A DNA stretch of 64,000 nucleotides from Lachnospiraceae bacterium (GCA_017514845.1 JAFWIM010000012.1:1777-65776); one strand, 5' to 3'. Positions 39,476-48,783 are shown, counted from the first letter of the stretch. Notes: generated by a model not told the origin, from the sequence alone. Translations and numbers: made by a program.

Positions 39476-41166
39476 CAGGGTGCCTTTCCTCGTATTTTAT
39501 CAAGTTCGGTCCAGTAGAAATCCGGTCCGAAGCGTTTAAAGACAACTTTATTATTCTCCCGCAGAGCAAGATCGAGATTTGTCGCGTGGGTAGACGCATA
39601 GCCGCTGCCGCAGGCGACACCTGTCATGAAAAGCTGTTTCTGCATAAGATACGGAAGAAGAAGCCTTGTCATGTCGCGGGATACACATTCTCCTTCGTCG
39701 GTTAAAGTGTTGATCTCGCTGACTGCATTTGCAAATGCATCGGCGCGCGCGACAAAACTTCCGCCGTACGGATAGACCGGCAGATCATCTCCCCTGATGA
39801 TCGGGAAGGTCATGCCCAGCCTTGCCGCAAATGCCTTGAGCTCATCGTAGTGTCCGGCATAGCCGTCCATGAGCGTCTCAAAATACGCCCCGTACATCGG
39901 AAGCGGCGGGATCAGAAGACCGATGTGGGCTTCCTCATCCAGCGTGTCCAGAATATTTCCGATGACTTCCCTGCTGCCGAAGAGGGCTTCCATATCCCCG
40001 TAAAGAAGGCTCGCCTCTCCGCTCTTCATCACGTCCCCTACCGGCTGCGGCAGATCGAACGGGTCAAGGACGAGCACGTACTTCGCGCCGATCGCCATCA
40101 TGGCGGCCTGTCTCAGCTTCTCCGAATAGGATTCATTCCCGTCGAGATAAATGATCTTGATCTCTTCCGGAATGCTGCGGAGATAGCGCCCGCAGACGGC
40201 TCTGAATCTCCCCTCGTCCCCCAGAATAAAGGCACAGGCCTCTCCGGGGACAAACGCGTGCTCACTGACCTCGCTGTCCGGGTAAAAATTCACATGCATG
40301 GTCTGGTGGATCTGGGCGAGATCCTGCAGACGAAGAATATTCTCCCACATGAGAGTGGGATCGTAGCCCGTGTGGGCAAGGACTGCCTCATAGGCGCGGA
40401 CCTGGCTCTCGCCCGCGTTATTCTGCAGATTGATCATGTAGTCGGAGAAGAAGTTCCTGCGCTTCAGGATCGGACACTTTTTGTCCCTTATGAGTTCGGC
40501 CGCGTGGTAGGCAAACGGCGCGGGCGAGTACTCTTCATACTCGTCCGAGTCCACATAGGCCTCCCACTTGTAGCCGAGATCCGCAAAGTATTTTGTGAAA
40601 ACAGCCTCGTAGCCCGCAATAGAGTCCACATAGGAGTCAGGGTTCTTCATGTTCATGATGAAATCCCGGTAGGAAAAACTCATGAAGAAATCCCTGCGCA
40701 TCGCTATGAAATGCGAATTCAGATGCTCCGGCATGTAGCCGTAGGGAATGGCACCGTAGGGATCGACCGTCAGGCGGTAATGCTCCGTGATCCCCCAGAA
40801 ATCAAGATCCCGGACGTTCATCTCCCGGAACATGTCCGAAAATGAATCCAGCGGTCCGAAGAACGTATAATTCATGAGAACAAGCTCGTCGTACTTTGAC
40901 AGTTCGTGAAAGCCCAGATCAAATATGCCTTCCCTGTATCCAGCCACGTCGAACCCCGTGTTCGGGCGGTAGAGCACCCGGTCGCAGCAGGCGGAAAGCT
41001 CCGTGCCCGCCTCCTCGGTGAGAAAGCCGTTGACCACCGTAAGGACATAGGCGGCATCCTCGCGGATCGACCGCAGCATATTTTTCATATAACGGTCGAC
41101 AAGCCCGTCTTTGTCGAAATACAGGACGATGAAGCACCGGTTCCTGTTATTCTTTTCCAATTTCAT
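39475..41166 (-). CDS. rgpF: RgpF-family rhamnan synthesis protein (degenerate C-terminal domain)
   Basis: N-terminal NTGFDVAGY, FFGP, DFWGIT, HLNSHF, YE..FT, CPILKRR; clear paralogue of the neighbouring gene. Confidence 0.78.
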   Translation of the reverse strand: MKLEKNNRNRCFIVLYFDKDGLVDRYMKNMLRSIREDAAYVLTVVNGFLTEEAGTELSACCDRVLYRPNTGFDVAGYREGIFDLGFHELSKYDELVLMNYTFFGPLDSFSDMFREMNVRDLDFWGITEHYRLTVDPYGAIPYGYMPEHLNSHFIAMRRDFFMSFSYRDFIMNMKNPDSYVDSIAGYEAVFTKYFADLGYKWEAYVDSDEYEEYSPAPFAYHAAELIRDKKCPILKRRNFFSDYMINLQNNAGESQVRAYEAVLAHTGYDPTLMWENILRLQDLAQIHQTMHVNFYPDSEVSEHAFVPGEACAFILGDEGRFRAVCGRYLRSIPEEIKIIYLDGNESYSEKLRQAAMMAIGAKYVLVLDPFDLPQPVGDVMKSGEASLLYGDMEALFGSREVIGNILDTLDEEAHIGLLIPPLPMYGAYFETLMDGYAGHYDELKAFAARLGMTFPIIRGDDLPVYPYGGSFVARADAFANAVSEINTLTDEGECVSRDMTRLLLPYLMQKQLFMTGVACGSGYASTHATNLDLALRENNKVVFKRFGPDFYWTELDKIRGKAP

Positions 41167-41254
41167 CTCTGAGAATTCTCCTCATTAGGGTTCGCAGTAT
41201 TCAGTAAGACCGCAGTCAACTGTGCGGTCTCAGTCAGACCGCGCCGGGAAATTA

Positions 41255-43129
41255 TCAGCTGTTTTCAATGCGGGACAGGAATTCCCTGAACGGTTTCCAG
41301 CCCCCGGTGCGCTCCGCCTCCGCCTTGACAAGTCCGTTATTCATATATGCCCAGTTGTCCATATGAATGCGGGCGTAGGAATCGGACATGATCCATGCTG
41401 AATAGAACCCTTCGCTCTGGGCAGCGAACGGATACAGCCTCTCAATCGCGTGCAGCACCGTTCCGTCGATATCCACAGGCTCCGCCGGGAATTCCTCATA
41501 CTGCCAGTCGTGGTCAAAAAGGCTCTTCAGTGCTTTTGTCCTGACCCAGAATTCAGAGCCGAGCGGGGCCACCGGCTCGCGTTTATCATCCATCGGCGCG
41601 CGGATTCCAAGCTTCTCCGCGGTCTCTTTGGTGACCGCAAAGTTCTCTCCCCACTCTCCGAGGCCAGTGGTCGGAAAATACGGACCGTGGACGGGGACCG
41701 GCGGACTGAGCAGTCCGAGATCCGGGTGATCCTCAAATAATTTTATTATATTCTTTACGTACGTCTCCGTCGGGAGAAGACATTCAAAGCAAAGAATCTC
41801 CCATGCCCTGCCGATCGACCGGAGCGGGATCTGCTTTACCTTCTTGTCATGGATCTTGAGGACGAGATCATACTTCATGAAAATGTCCTTGCAGGTCACG
41901 AGGAAGGGAGCTACGTCCCTGCCCCTGTTGCCGGATACGCGGAATTCGACCCTGTGGCTCTTTTTGATCTCATCAAAATACGGCTCTACGATTACACGCT
42001 TTCTCTCATCCGGGACCGTGACATACATGTCGATGCCCTCCGGCATGTTGGAGGCGTAGGCAGCGCACTCCTCCGCGAGATCATCGTAGTAGATGTGGAG
42101 GATCAGGGCTGTCCTCAGGGAACCCGCAAAGCTTCCGACATGCGTCAGATCTTCTGTCGATTCTCCTCTCCTGCCGTCTGCCGGACCCTGGCTCGCATGG
42201 GGCATGCCTTTCTTCCCCGCTGTCCGATCGAGCTTTGTCGGGACAACGTAGGTGAGGCCGAGACGCTTTCTGAGATCCGCCATGTTGCAGGTGCGGATCA
42301 GGTTCTTTGTGATAAGCCTCTCGTCGTAGTCCGTCTCATCCTTTATATAGGCAAAGGCTTCCTTCGCGGCCTCGCCGCCGCTTCGCTCAAAGGCCTCCAC
42401 ATAGTCATGATAAAAAGTCCGCTTCTTCATGACCGGACATCTGAGAGTCTCCATGCAGTATCTCGGGAAGTCCCTCAGCGGATCCCATGTGTACTCGGAT
42501 ATGGCGTCTCCGTCGCAGTAGACGTCCCATGTGTAGCCCAGGTCCTCCATGGCCTTTGTGAAGACGGCTTCGTGGGTGCCGATCGCGTCCTCGTACTTCG
42601 TGATGGCGGGCATCTCCTCCCACCATTTTCTGAAATCCTCTGTCCTCATAAAGTCTTTTCTGAAGACCTGGAAAAAGCTCTGGATATGTTTCGGCAGGTA
42701 CCCGTAAGAGATGGTGCCGAAGGGATCGAAGGGCGCGCCGAAAAAGGCGGTGATCCCCCAGAAATCGAGGTCCCTGCCCGCCATCGCTCCGAACATTTCG
42801 GAGAACGGGTGGATGGGACCGTAAAGTGTGTCGTTGCAGATCACGGCCTCGTCATACGAGCAGAGATCATCATAGCCGTGCGCAAGAAGCCCTTCTTTAT
42901 ACGCTGTGATGTCATAGCCCACATTCGGCCTTACGATCACCTCGTCGGCGATCTCCCTGATCCGGGCTTCTCCCTCCGCCTCCACGTTCCCGTTTATGAC
43001 AACGCGAAGGCATGCGGTCTCACTTCGAAGGCCCGCAAGGAACACGTCAATATATTTATCCACAATGCCGTCATCGTCATGCATGACATAGACGGCAAGT
43101 CTTTTTACGCCGCTGTCTTTAAGGATCAA
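41255..43129 (-). CDS. rgpF: RgpF-family rhamnan synthesis protein
   Basis: NVGYDI.AY, DFWGIT, HIQSFF, LHIYYDD, NRGRDVAPF, KIHDKK, FWVR, LHAIERL. Confidence 0.87.
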   Translation of the reverse strand: MILKDSGVKRLAVYVMHDDDGIVDKYIDVFLAGLRSETACLRVVINGNVEAEGEARIREIADEVIVRPNVGYDITAYKEGLLAHGYDDLCSYDEAVICNDTLYGPIHPFSEMFGAMAGRDLDFWGITAFFGAPFDPFGTISYGYLPKHIQSFFQVFRKDFMRTEDFRKWWEEMPAITKYEDAIGTHEAVFTKAMEDLGYTWDVYCDGDAISEYTWDPLRDFPRYCMETLRCPVMKKRTFYHDYVEAFERSGGEAAKEAFAYIKDETDYDERLITKNLIRTCNMADLRKRLGLTYVVPTKLDRTAGKKGMPHASQGPADGRRGESTEDLTHVGSFAGSLRTALILHIYYDDLAEECAAYASNMPEGIDMYVTVPDERKRVIVEPYFDEIKKSHRVEFRVSGNRGRDVAPFLVTCKDIFMKYDLVLKIHDKKVKQIPLRSIGRAWEILCFECLLPTETYVKNIIKLFEDHPDLGLLSPPVPVHGPYFPTTGLGEWGENFAVTKETAEKLGIRAPMDDKREPVAPLGSEFWVRTKALKSLFDHDWQYEEFPAEPVDIDGTVLHAIERLYPFAAQSEGFYSAWIMSDSYARIHMDNWAYMNNGLVKAEAERTGGWKPFREFLSRIENS

Positions 43130-43141
43130 AGCTCCACCCTC

Positions 43142-44431
43142 TCAGTATGTATGTCCGTCGATCGTCGTCACGGACTCCATGTCATAAAATCCGACAGTGT
43201 TCTTGTCTGAGATCACATTGATATCACAGACATCATACAGTCTGTTATATACAGTGAATCTGTTGTTCGCGAATCCGACCACGCCCAGAGAGAGCAGATA
43301 ACTCCTGCCCTGAAGCGTCATGCGCTGTCTGAAATCGACCACGTGCTCGGTCCCTGCCTTGTAGACGCCGGTATCGATCCGCTCAAGCATAGTGTTGGTC
43401 CCTGTCACCTCGGTCCCCTGCGGATCCTTGATCGTGAAGCAGAAGAGCGGATCCTGTATGTCCTCATTGAAATGAACTTTCATGCGGATTATAAATTCCG
43501 AGCCCTTCACGATACCCGAGTTGATTTTTCCGTCCTCATCGATCAGGGCGAAATCTACGATCTCCGCCTGCTTCTCACCGTAGTCCAGCAGCTGCGGATT
43601 TACCTCCAGCTTGCCGTACCATCTGCCCTCGGCGTTCTCCGGTTTCAGATAGCGGGATATCTCCTCCTCGAGGTTCTTCCTCTGCTCAGCTGCCGGGACC
43701 GTGACAAGGATCTGCTTGTAGATATCGATGACTTCCTTGGGCTCACCCTCGCAGTTCTTGACGCCCTTATTGAGAAGTACGACTCTGTCACAGTACTTAG
43801 CCACCGATCCCAGATCGTGGCTGACGAAAAGTATCGTCTTGCCCTGCTTCTTGAACTCCTCGAACTTGTGATAGCACTTTGCCTGGAAGAACACGTCGCC
43901 GACACTGAGAGCCTCATCGACGATCAGAATCTCAGGGTCGATGTTGATGGCCACCGCGAACGCGAGTCTTACGAACATTCCGCTCGAGTAGGTCTTGACC
44001 GGCTGGTTGATAAAGTCGCCGATGTCAGCGAAGGAAATGATTTCCTCCAGCCTGGCATCGATCTCCTCGCGGGAGAAGCCCATGACCGTACCATTGACAT
44101 AAATATTCTCCAAACCGGTGTATTCCGGGTTGAAGCCCGCGCCGAGCTCTAAAAGAGCTGAGATCCTGCCATATACCTGAATACTGCCCATCGTCGGCGA
44201 CAGCACGCCTGTGATGATCTTCAGGATCGTGGACTTGCCGGATCCGTTGGTGCCGATAATTCCCACGCACTCGCCCTTCTTGACATCAAAGCTGACGTCA
44301 TTCAGCGCGAGGATCTCTTTATATCTTTTCTGCTTTGACAGGCCGAGGGACTCGCGAAGGCGGTCCGTCGGCTTATCATATAGCTTATATGCTTTTGTAA
44401 TATTGTTGACAGCGATTGCTATTTCCTGCAT
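43142..44431 (-). CDS. wzt: polysaccharide ABC exporter ATPase with C-terminal Wzt_C-like domain
   Basis: GTNGSGKS, YSSGM.VRLAF, VDEALSVGD, VSH; about 170-aa beta-rich C-terminal extension. Confidence 0.92.
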   Translation of the reverse strand: MQEIAIAVNNITKAYKLYDKPTDRLRESLGLSKQKRYKEILALNDVSFDVKKGECVGIIGTNGSGKSTILKIITGVLSPTMGSIQVYGRISALLELGAGFNPEYTGLENIYVNGTVMGFSREEIDARLEEIISFADIGDFINQPVKTYSSGMFVRLAFAVAINIDPEILIVDEALSVGDVFFQAKCYHKFEEFKKQGKTILFVSHDLGSVAKYCDRVVLLNKGVKNCEGEPKEVIDIYKQILVTVPAAEQRKNLEEEISRYLKPENAEGRWYGKLEVNPQLLDYGEKQAEIVDFALIDEDGKINSGIVKGSEFIIRMKVHFNEDIQDPLFCFTIKDPQGTEVTGTNTMLERIDTGVYKAGTEHVVDFRQRMTLQGRSYLLSLGVVGFANNRFTVYNRLYDVCDINVISDKNTVGFYDMESVTTIDGHTY

Positions 44432-44470
44432 AAATCCTCCATGCAGGACCTATAGATCCCGCATTCTGTA

Positions 44471-44544
44471 AAGGTGGGGTATGCCCGCCTTTTATCAGTG
44501 GGAAATACCCGCCTTGTGTGGGTGGAATATTCCCACCTTTTATC
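44471..44544. repeat. three tandem degenerate palindromic units (about 24-26 bp)
   Basis: AAGGTGGGGTATGCCCGCCTT / AGTGGGAAATACCCGCCTT / GGTGGAATATTCCCACCTT between wzm and wzt. Confidence 0.65.
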
Positions 44545-44568
44545 GAGTATTCGCATAGTAGCGCCGGA

Positions 44569-45969
44569 TCAAAGCGTGTCCGCGAAGTGTATCTTGAGAC
44601 GTTTGAAGATGAACGCTCCGACCACGAAGAAGACCGCCGTCACCGCCCAGAAATAGAAGGTGAGGTCGAATCTCTCCCAGAACCAGACCTTGTTCATCAT
44701 GGAGTCACGGTAGCCGTTCACGATATAGAAAATCGGATTCAGCTTGAATACCGTGATCAGCCAGCCCGGCATTCTCGCGCTCATATTGTCGATATTCCAC
44801 ATGATCGGCGTCATCCACACCTGGATCTGGATAATGATCGAAATGATCTGCGAGAGGTCGCGGAAAAAGACGACGATCGAGCAGGTCGCGTAGCACACAC
44901 CCAGACTGTACATGAACAGGCAGAACGAATAATAGAACACCTGCAGCGCATAGAGGTCCGGGAAGTGACCGCTCAGGGTAAAGAGCGCGAGCATCAGGAA
45001 AATGAAGAAAAGATGCACGAACAGCGCGGAGATCTCCTTTACGATCGGCAGGATGGAAATCTTGAAAACGACCTTTTTTACCAGATACGTGTACTCCAGA
45101 AGAGCGTTCGTTCCGCCCACGAGAGTATCCTGGAAGAAGAACCAGGGGACAAGACCGCATATGAGCCAGAGCACGAACGGGTAAGTGATCCCCGTCGGGG
45201 CTGTGACGTCAGCCGCGCCGAGTCCTACCTGAAATACGAACCAATAGACGACGATCGTGATTGCCGGCTGAATAAAAGCCCATACGATGCCGAACACGGA
45301 TCCTGCGTATTTTGTCTTAAAATCATTGCGCGCGAGCTGCATGATGAGCACGCGGTTCTGAATGAGCTCCATAGGAAGCGTAGAAAACTTCTTTCTAAAG
45401 ACAAAAGCTGCCGCGCACATAAGGTCGAGAAGCACCGCGATGATGACGTTCTTTACGGTATTTTTCGTGCGAAGTCCCGGCAGCACCTGAGCGTAGATTT
45501 GATCCGGTCCCTGCTCGAAGACGACAAACGGATCACCGCTTTTCGTCGTCACAGTGAAGCTTCCCCCGGCGCTCTCGAACGAATCGATGTCGTTGTCACG
45601 AAGGACCGCCGACGCGTCAAAAGACTGTTCCTTATCTCCGAGGACGAACCTGGCATCGGAGACGCTGTACTTCGCCTCCGCGGCGCCGAAGTCGATCCTC
45701 ACATACCTTGTCGTGAGCGGAAGGGCAAATTCCATTGTGACGTCCTTCCCGATGTCCCCGCTCTCGTACCCGACAGTTTTCTGGGCAGACGGGGCAAAAT
45801 CCGTCGTGTCACTGTAATATACCTGAATATTGTCCGAGACAGTGCCGTTCAGGGAGAAAATGAGATTTGCCGTCCCGTTCGCTCCCCCGTCATGTGTCAG
45901 AATAAAATAGTTCAGCAAAAGCACCAGCACGGCGAGGCATGCCAGCACGATCTTCTTTTTCAAAGACAT
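44569..45969 (-). CDS. wzm: polysaccharide ABC exporter permease with extra N-terminal TM, soluble domain and TM
   Basis: The canonical ABC-2 part (LARNDFKTKYAGS.FG..W..IQP, W.TPI.W, LNP, FADTL) begins only at about aa 205. Confidence 0.88.
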   Translation of the reverse strand: MSLKKKIVLACLAVLVLLLNYFILTHDGGANGTANLIFSLNGTVSDNIQVYYSDTTDFAPSAQKTVGYESGDIGKDVTMEFALPLTTRYVRIDFGAAEAKYSVSDARFVLGDKEQSFDASAVLRDNDIDSFESAGGSFTVTTKSGDPFVVFEQGPDQIYAQVLPGLRTKNTVKNVIIAVLLDLMCAAAFVFRKKFSTLPMELIQNRVLIMQLARNDFKTKYAGSVFGIVWAFIQPAITIVVYWFVFQVGLGAADVTAPTGITYPFVLWLICGLVPWFFFQDTLVGGTNALLEYTYLVKKVVFKISILPIVKEISALFVHLFFIFLMLALFTLSGHFPDLYALQVFYYSFCLFMYSLGVCYATCSIVVFFRDLSQIISIIIQIQVWMTPIMWNIDNMSARMPGWLITVFKLNPIFYIVNGYRDSMMNKVWFWERFDLTFYFWAVTAVFFVVGAFIFKRLKIHFADTL

Positions 45970-45983
45970 AAATGTTCCCCGTA

Positions 45984-46544
45984 TTATTTTCGATTCTCAG
46001 TGTAATCCCTGAAGCTGCCCCACTTCTTATCCTTGTCGGACAGGTTCAGCTCCATTCCCTCCGGAATCGGCCACTCGACAGCGATATCCGGGTCATCATA
46101 GGCAAGTCCGCCCTCATCGTTCGGATGATAAAAATCAGTGCACTTATAGCAGAACTCGGCATGGTCGGAGAGGACGAGAAAACCGTGAGCAAAGTTCTTC
46201 GGGATAAAGAACTGTTTCTTATTCTCTGCGGAGAGAAGTACGCCGTGCCACTTTCCGTATGTCGCGGAACCCGGTCTCAGGTCAACGGCGACGTCGAAAA
46301 CTTCACCGGCCACCACGCGGACCAGCTTGTCCTGTGGAAAATTGATCTGGAAATGAAGTCCTCTCAGAACACCCTTTGAACTCGAAGACTGGTTATCCTG
46401 AACGAAGATTTCAGGAATGCCGGCAGCTTTGAAGTCATTGTAATTATACGTTTCCATGAAGTAGCCGCGAGTGTCTCCGTAGACAGCCGGTGTAATGATC
46501 TTCAGCCCTTCGATATCGCATGTTTCCACATTGATCTTACCCAT
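45984..46544 (-). CDS. rfbC: dTDP-4-dehydrorhamnose 3,5-epimerase
   Basis: GDTRGYFME, VQDNQS, LRGLHFQ, FAHGF, YKCT. Start set at ATG 46544 (RBS AAGGAGG). Confidence 0.95.
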   Translation of the reverse strand: MGKINVETCDIEGLKIITPAVYGDTRGYFMETYNYNDFKAAGIPEIFVQDNQSSSSKGVLRGLHFQINFPQDKLVRVVAGEVFDVAVDLRPGSATYGKWHGVLLSAENKKQFFIPKNFAHGFLVLSDHAEFCYKCTDFYHPNDEGGLAYDDPDIAVEWPIPEGMELNLSDKDKKWGSFRDYTENRK

Positions 46545-46555
46545 GATTTTCCTCC

Positions 46556-47407
46556 TTAGTTCAGGCAGCCGCATGGCCTGTCGTTTCTCATGATTTTGTT
46601 TATTTTTTCCGGATCGCCCCATACTTCCGGCGAGGCATCTGCCCTGTCAGGGAATTTGCCGTAGTCGAGCCGGATCTTCATGTTGTTCTCCCGGATATAC
46701 CGCTCCGCCTCCTCCGCGAGGGGGATTGCCAGACCACTGCAGCAGTTGATGATACCGGTCACCTCCCGCTGGCTTGCGACCGCCGCGATCTGTCTTGCCA
46801 GATCTTCGACTCTGATGAAGTCGAATTTGTTTTTTCCGGTCGTAAACGGGAAGAGCTCGTCGCCCCTCTCCTCGGCCTCTGTCATCTTTGAGAAGATGGA
46901 ATGATTCTTCGCGTCATCGCCCAGAATATAGTAGCCCCTGAGCCACTGCAGAGTGACGCCCTTCTTCTTCGCGTAGACCGTAACGAGTTCCCTGAGGGCG
47001 TTCTTGGCGATCCCGTAGGGTGTTACCGGGTTCGTGGGGACAGTCTCATCGATGGCTCCTACATGGTAGCCGACCTCGTGCATTGTTCCCATGACGAGAA
47101 GCTGCGGAAGTCCTCCGTCCATCATGTTCACAAGGAATTCATAGTGGGACGGCAGCTCTGCCACATGGGACATGTTATAGTGATCAAAGCCGTTCCTCCA
47201 CGCGAGATGTATGAGCGCGTCCGGGCGTCCGAGCTCGTCGTAGATTTCCCTGCTGCCGGAAAAAATGTCCGCGAGGGTCCGCTCTGCTCTCCCGTCAACG
47301 CCGTCGAACATAACGTCACAGGCAAGGACACTGTGTCCGTGTTCTATGAGGGCTGTGACTAGGTGCCTGCCGATATAGCCGTTGGCACCGGTTACAAGAA
47401 TCTTCAA
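46556..47407 (-). CDS. NAD-dependent SDR sugar reductase/epimerase, Tll-like (possible dTDP-6-deoxy-L-talose synthesis)
   Basis: GANGYIG, HLAW, YGIAK; located between rfbB and rfbC. The Tll assignment is from recalled family resemblance only. Confidence 0.6.
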   Translation of the reverse strand: MKILVTGANGYIGRHLVTALIEHGHSVLACDVMFDGVDGRAERTLADIFSGSREIYDELGRPDALIHLAWRNGFDHYNMSHVAELPSHYEFLVNMMDGGLPQLLVMGTMHEVGYHVGAIDETVPTNPVTPYGIAKNALRELVTVYAKKKGVTLQWLRGYYILGDDAKNHSIFSKMTEAEERGDELFPFTTGKNKFDFIRVEDLARQIAAVASQREVTGIINCCSGLAIPLAEEAERYIRENNMKIRLDYGKFPDRADASPEVWGDPEKINKIMRNDRPCGCLN

Positions 47408-47439
47408 AATCTGTGCTCCTTTTATCTCAGCGGGTCTGG

Positions 47440-47510
47440 AATAATGTCAGCTTATGCTGACCCGAATCCCGCGCTTTCGTCTCGCAGGCGAGACTTGAAT
47501 GACATATTAA
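47440..47510. repeat. multi-hairpin intergenic element
   Basis: GTCAGC-TTAT-GCTGAC and GTCTCGC...GCGAGAC; shares the 13-mer AATAATGTCAGCT with 58246-58258. Confidence 0.55.
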
Positions 47511-47555
47511 AACCACAATAAGGAGACAGCCATAAGGACCATCTCCTTTCGTTAC

Positions 47556-48638
47556 TTATTTGTTTGCGTACATATCCTCGTAATACTTCTGATAATCGCC
47601 GCTTGTCACGTGCTCCATCCACTCCTGGTGATCGAAGTACCAGCGGATCGTCTTTTTAATGCCGACTTCGAATGTCGTCTCCGGATACCAGCCCACCTCA
47701 GCCTTGATCTTATCCGGCGCGATCGCGTACCTTCTGTCGTGACCCTTGCGGTCCTCTACGTACTTGATCAGGTCCTCGGTAATGTGCTCTTTTCTCGGAT
47801 CGCTGTCCGACAGTTCCTCGCGGAGAGTCGAGATGATCGTCTTTACGATCTGGATATTCTCGCGCTCATTGTGGCCGCCGATGTTGTATGTCTCAAAGAG
47901 TCTGCCCTTCTCCTGCACAAGGTCGATGCCCTTGCAGTGATCCTCGACGTACAGCCAGTCACGGATGTTCTTTCCGTCGCCGTATACCGGGAGAGCCTTG
48001 CCGTGAAGAGCGTTGTTGATCATCAGCGGGATCAGCTTCTCCGGGAACTGATAGGGGCCGTAGTTGTTGCTGCAGTTGGTGATATTTGCAGGGAACCTGT
48101 AGGTATCCATGAAAGCCTTGACCATGAAATCGGAAGAGGCCTTGCTCGCTGAGTACGGGCTGTGCGGATCGTACGGCGTCGTCTCATAGAAATAATCGTC
48201 CGGGTTCGACAGGGATCCGTAGACCTCGTCCGTCGAGACGTGAAGGAATTTCTTTTCCTCCTTAAATGTGCCGTCCGGGAGTTCCCATGCCGCCTTGGCT
48301 GCCGCCAGCATCGTGAGTGTTCCGAGCACGTTCGTTCTTGCAAATACGCCCGGGTCCTTGATACTGCGGTCGACATGGCTCTCTGCCGCGAAATGTACGA
48401 CGCGGTCGACATCATTTTCTTCAAATATCTTATTGATTGCTTCAGTATCGCAGATATCAGCTTTTACAAATGTATAATTGGAGCGGTCCTCGACGTCCTT
48501 AAGGTTCTCGAGATTACCTGCATATGTAAGTTTGTCGACATTGATGATACGGATCTCATCGCCGTATTTTTTGAACATATAATGAATGTAATTTGAGCCG
48601 ATAAATCCGGCACCGCCTGTGACGACATATGTTCTCAT
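47556..48638 (-). CDS. rfbB: dTDP-glucose 4,6-dehydratase
   Basis: GGAGFIG, DKLTYAG, AAESHVDRS, STDEVYG, YSASK, HDRRYA. Confidence 0.96.
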   Translation of the reverse strand: MRTYVVTGGAGFIGSNYIHYMFKKYGDEIRIINVDKLTYAGNLENLKDVEDRSNYTFVKADICDTEAINKIFEENDVDRVVHFAAESHVDRSIKDPGVFARTNVLGTLTMLAAAKAAWELPDGTFKEEKKFLHVSTDEVYGSLSNPDDYFYETTPYDPHSPYSASKASSDFMVKAFMDTYRFPANITNCSNNYGPYQFPEKLIPLMINNALHGKALPVYGDGKNIRDWLYVEDHCKGIDLVQEKGRLFETYNIGGHNERENIQIVKTIISTLREELSDSDPRKEHITEDLIKYVEDRKGHDRRYAIAPDKIKAEVGWYPETTFEVGIKKTIRWYFDHQEWMEHVTSGDYQKYYEDMYANK

Positions 48639-48682
48639 AGTTTCACCTCATTAAACGTTGTTATGTATAGACAGTTAAAGAC

Positions 48683-48711
48683 AGTATACCATTCAAAGCA
48701 CCATCGCGCAA
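48683..48711 (-). promoter_or_regulatory. sigma-A promoter of the rfbB backbone operon
   Basis: TTGCGC-17bp-TATACT with an extended TG. Confidence 0.65.
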
Positions 48712-48717
48712 GAAGGC

Positions 48718-48746
48718 TTGCCACGTCCGAATGTTGATAGTATACT
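48718..48746 (+). promoter_or_regulatory. sigma-A promoter of the plus-strand decoration operon
   Basis: TTGCCA-17bp-TATACT. Confidence 0.65.
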
Positions 48747-48783
48747 ATTAAAAGTTGCTTTTCAAGACAAAAGGTGCAAATTT

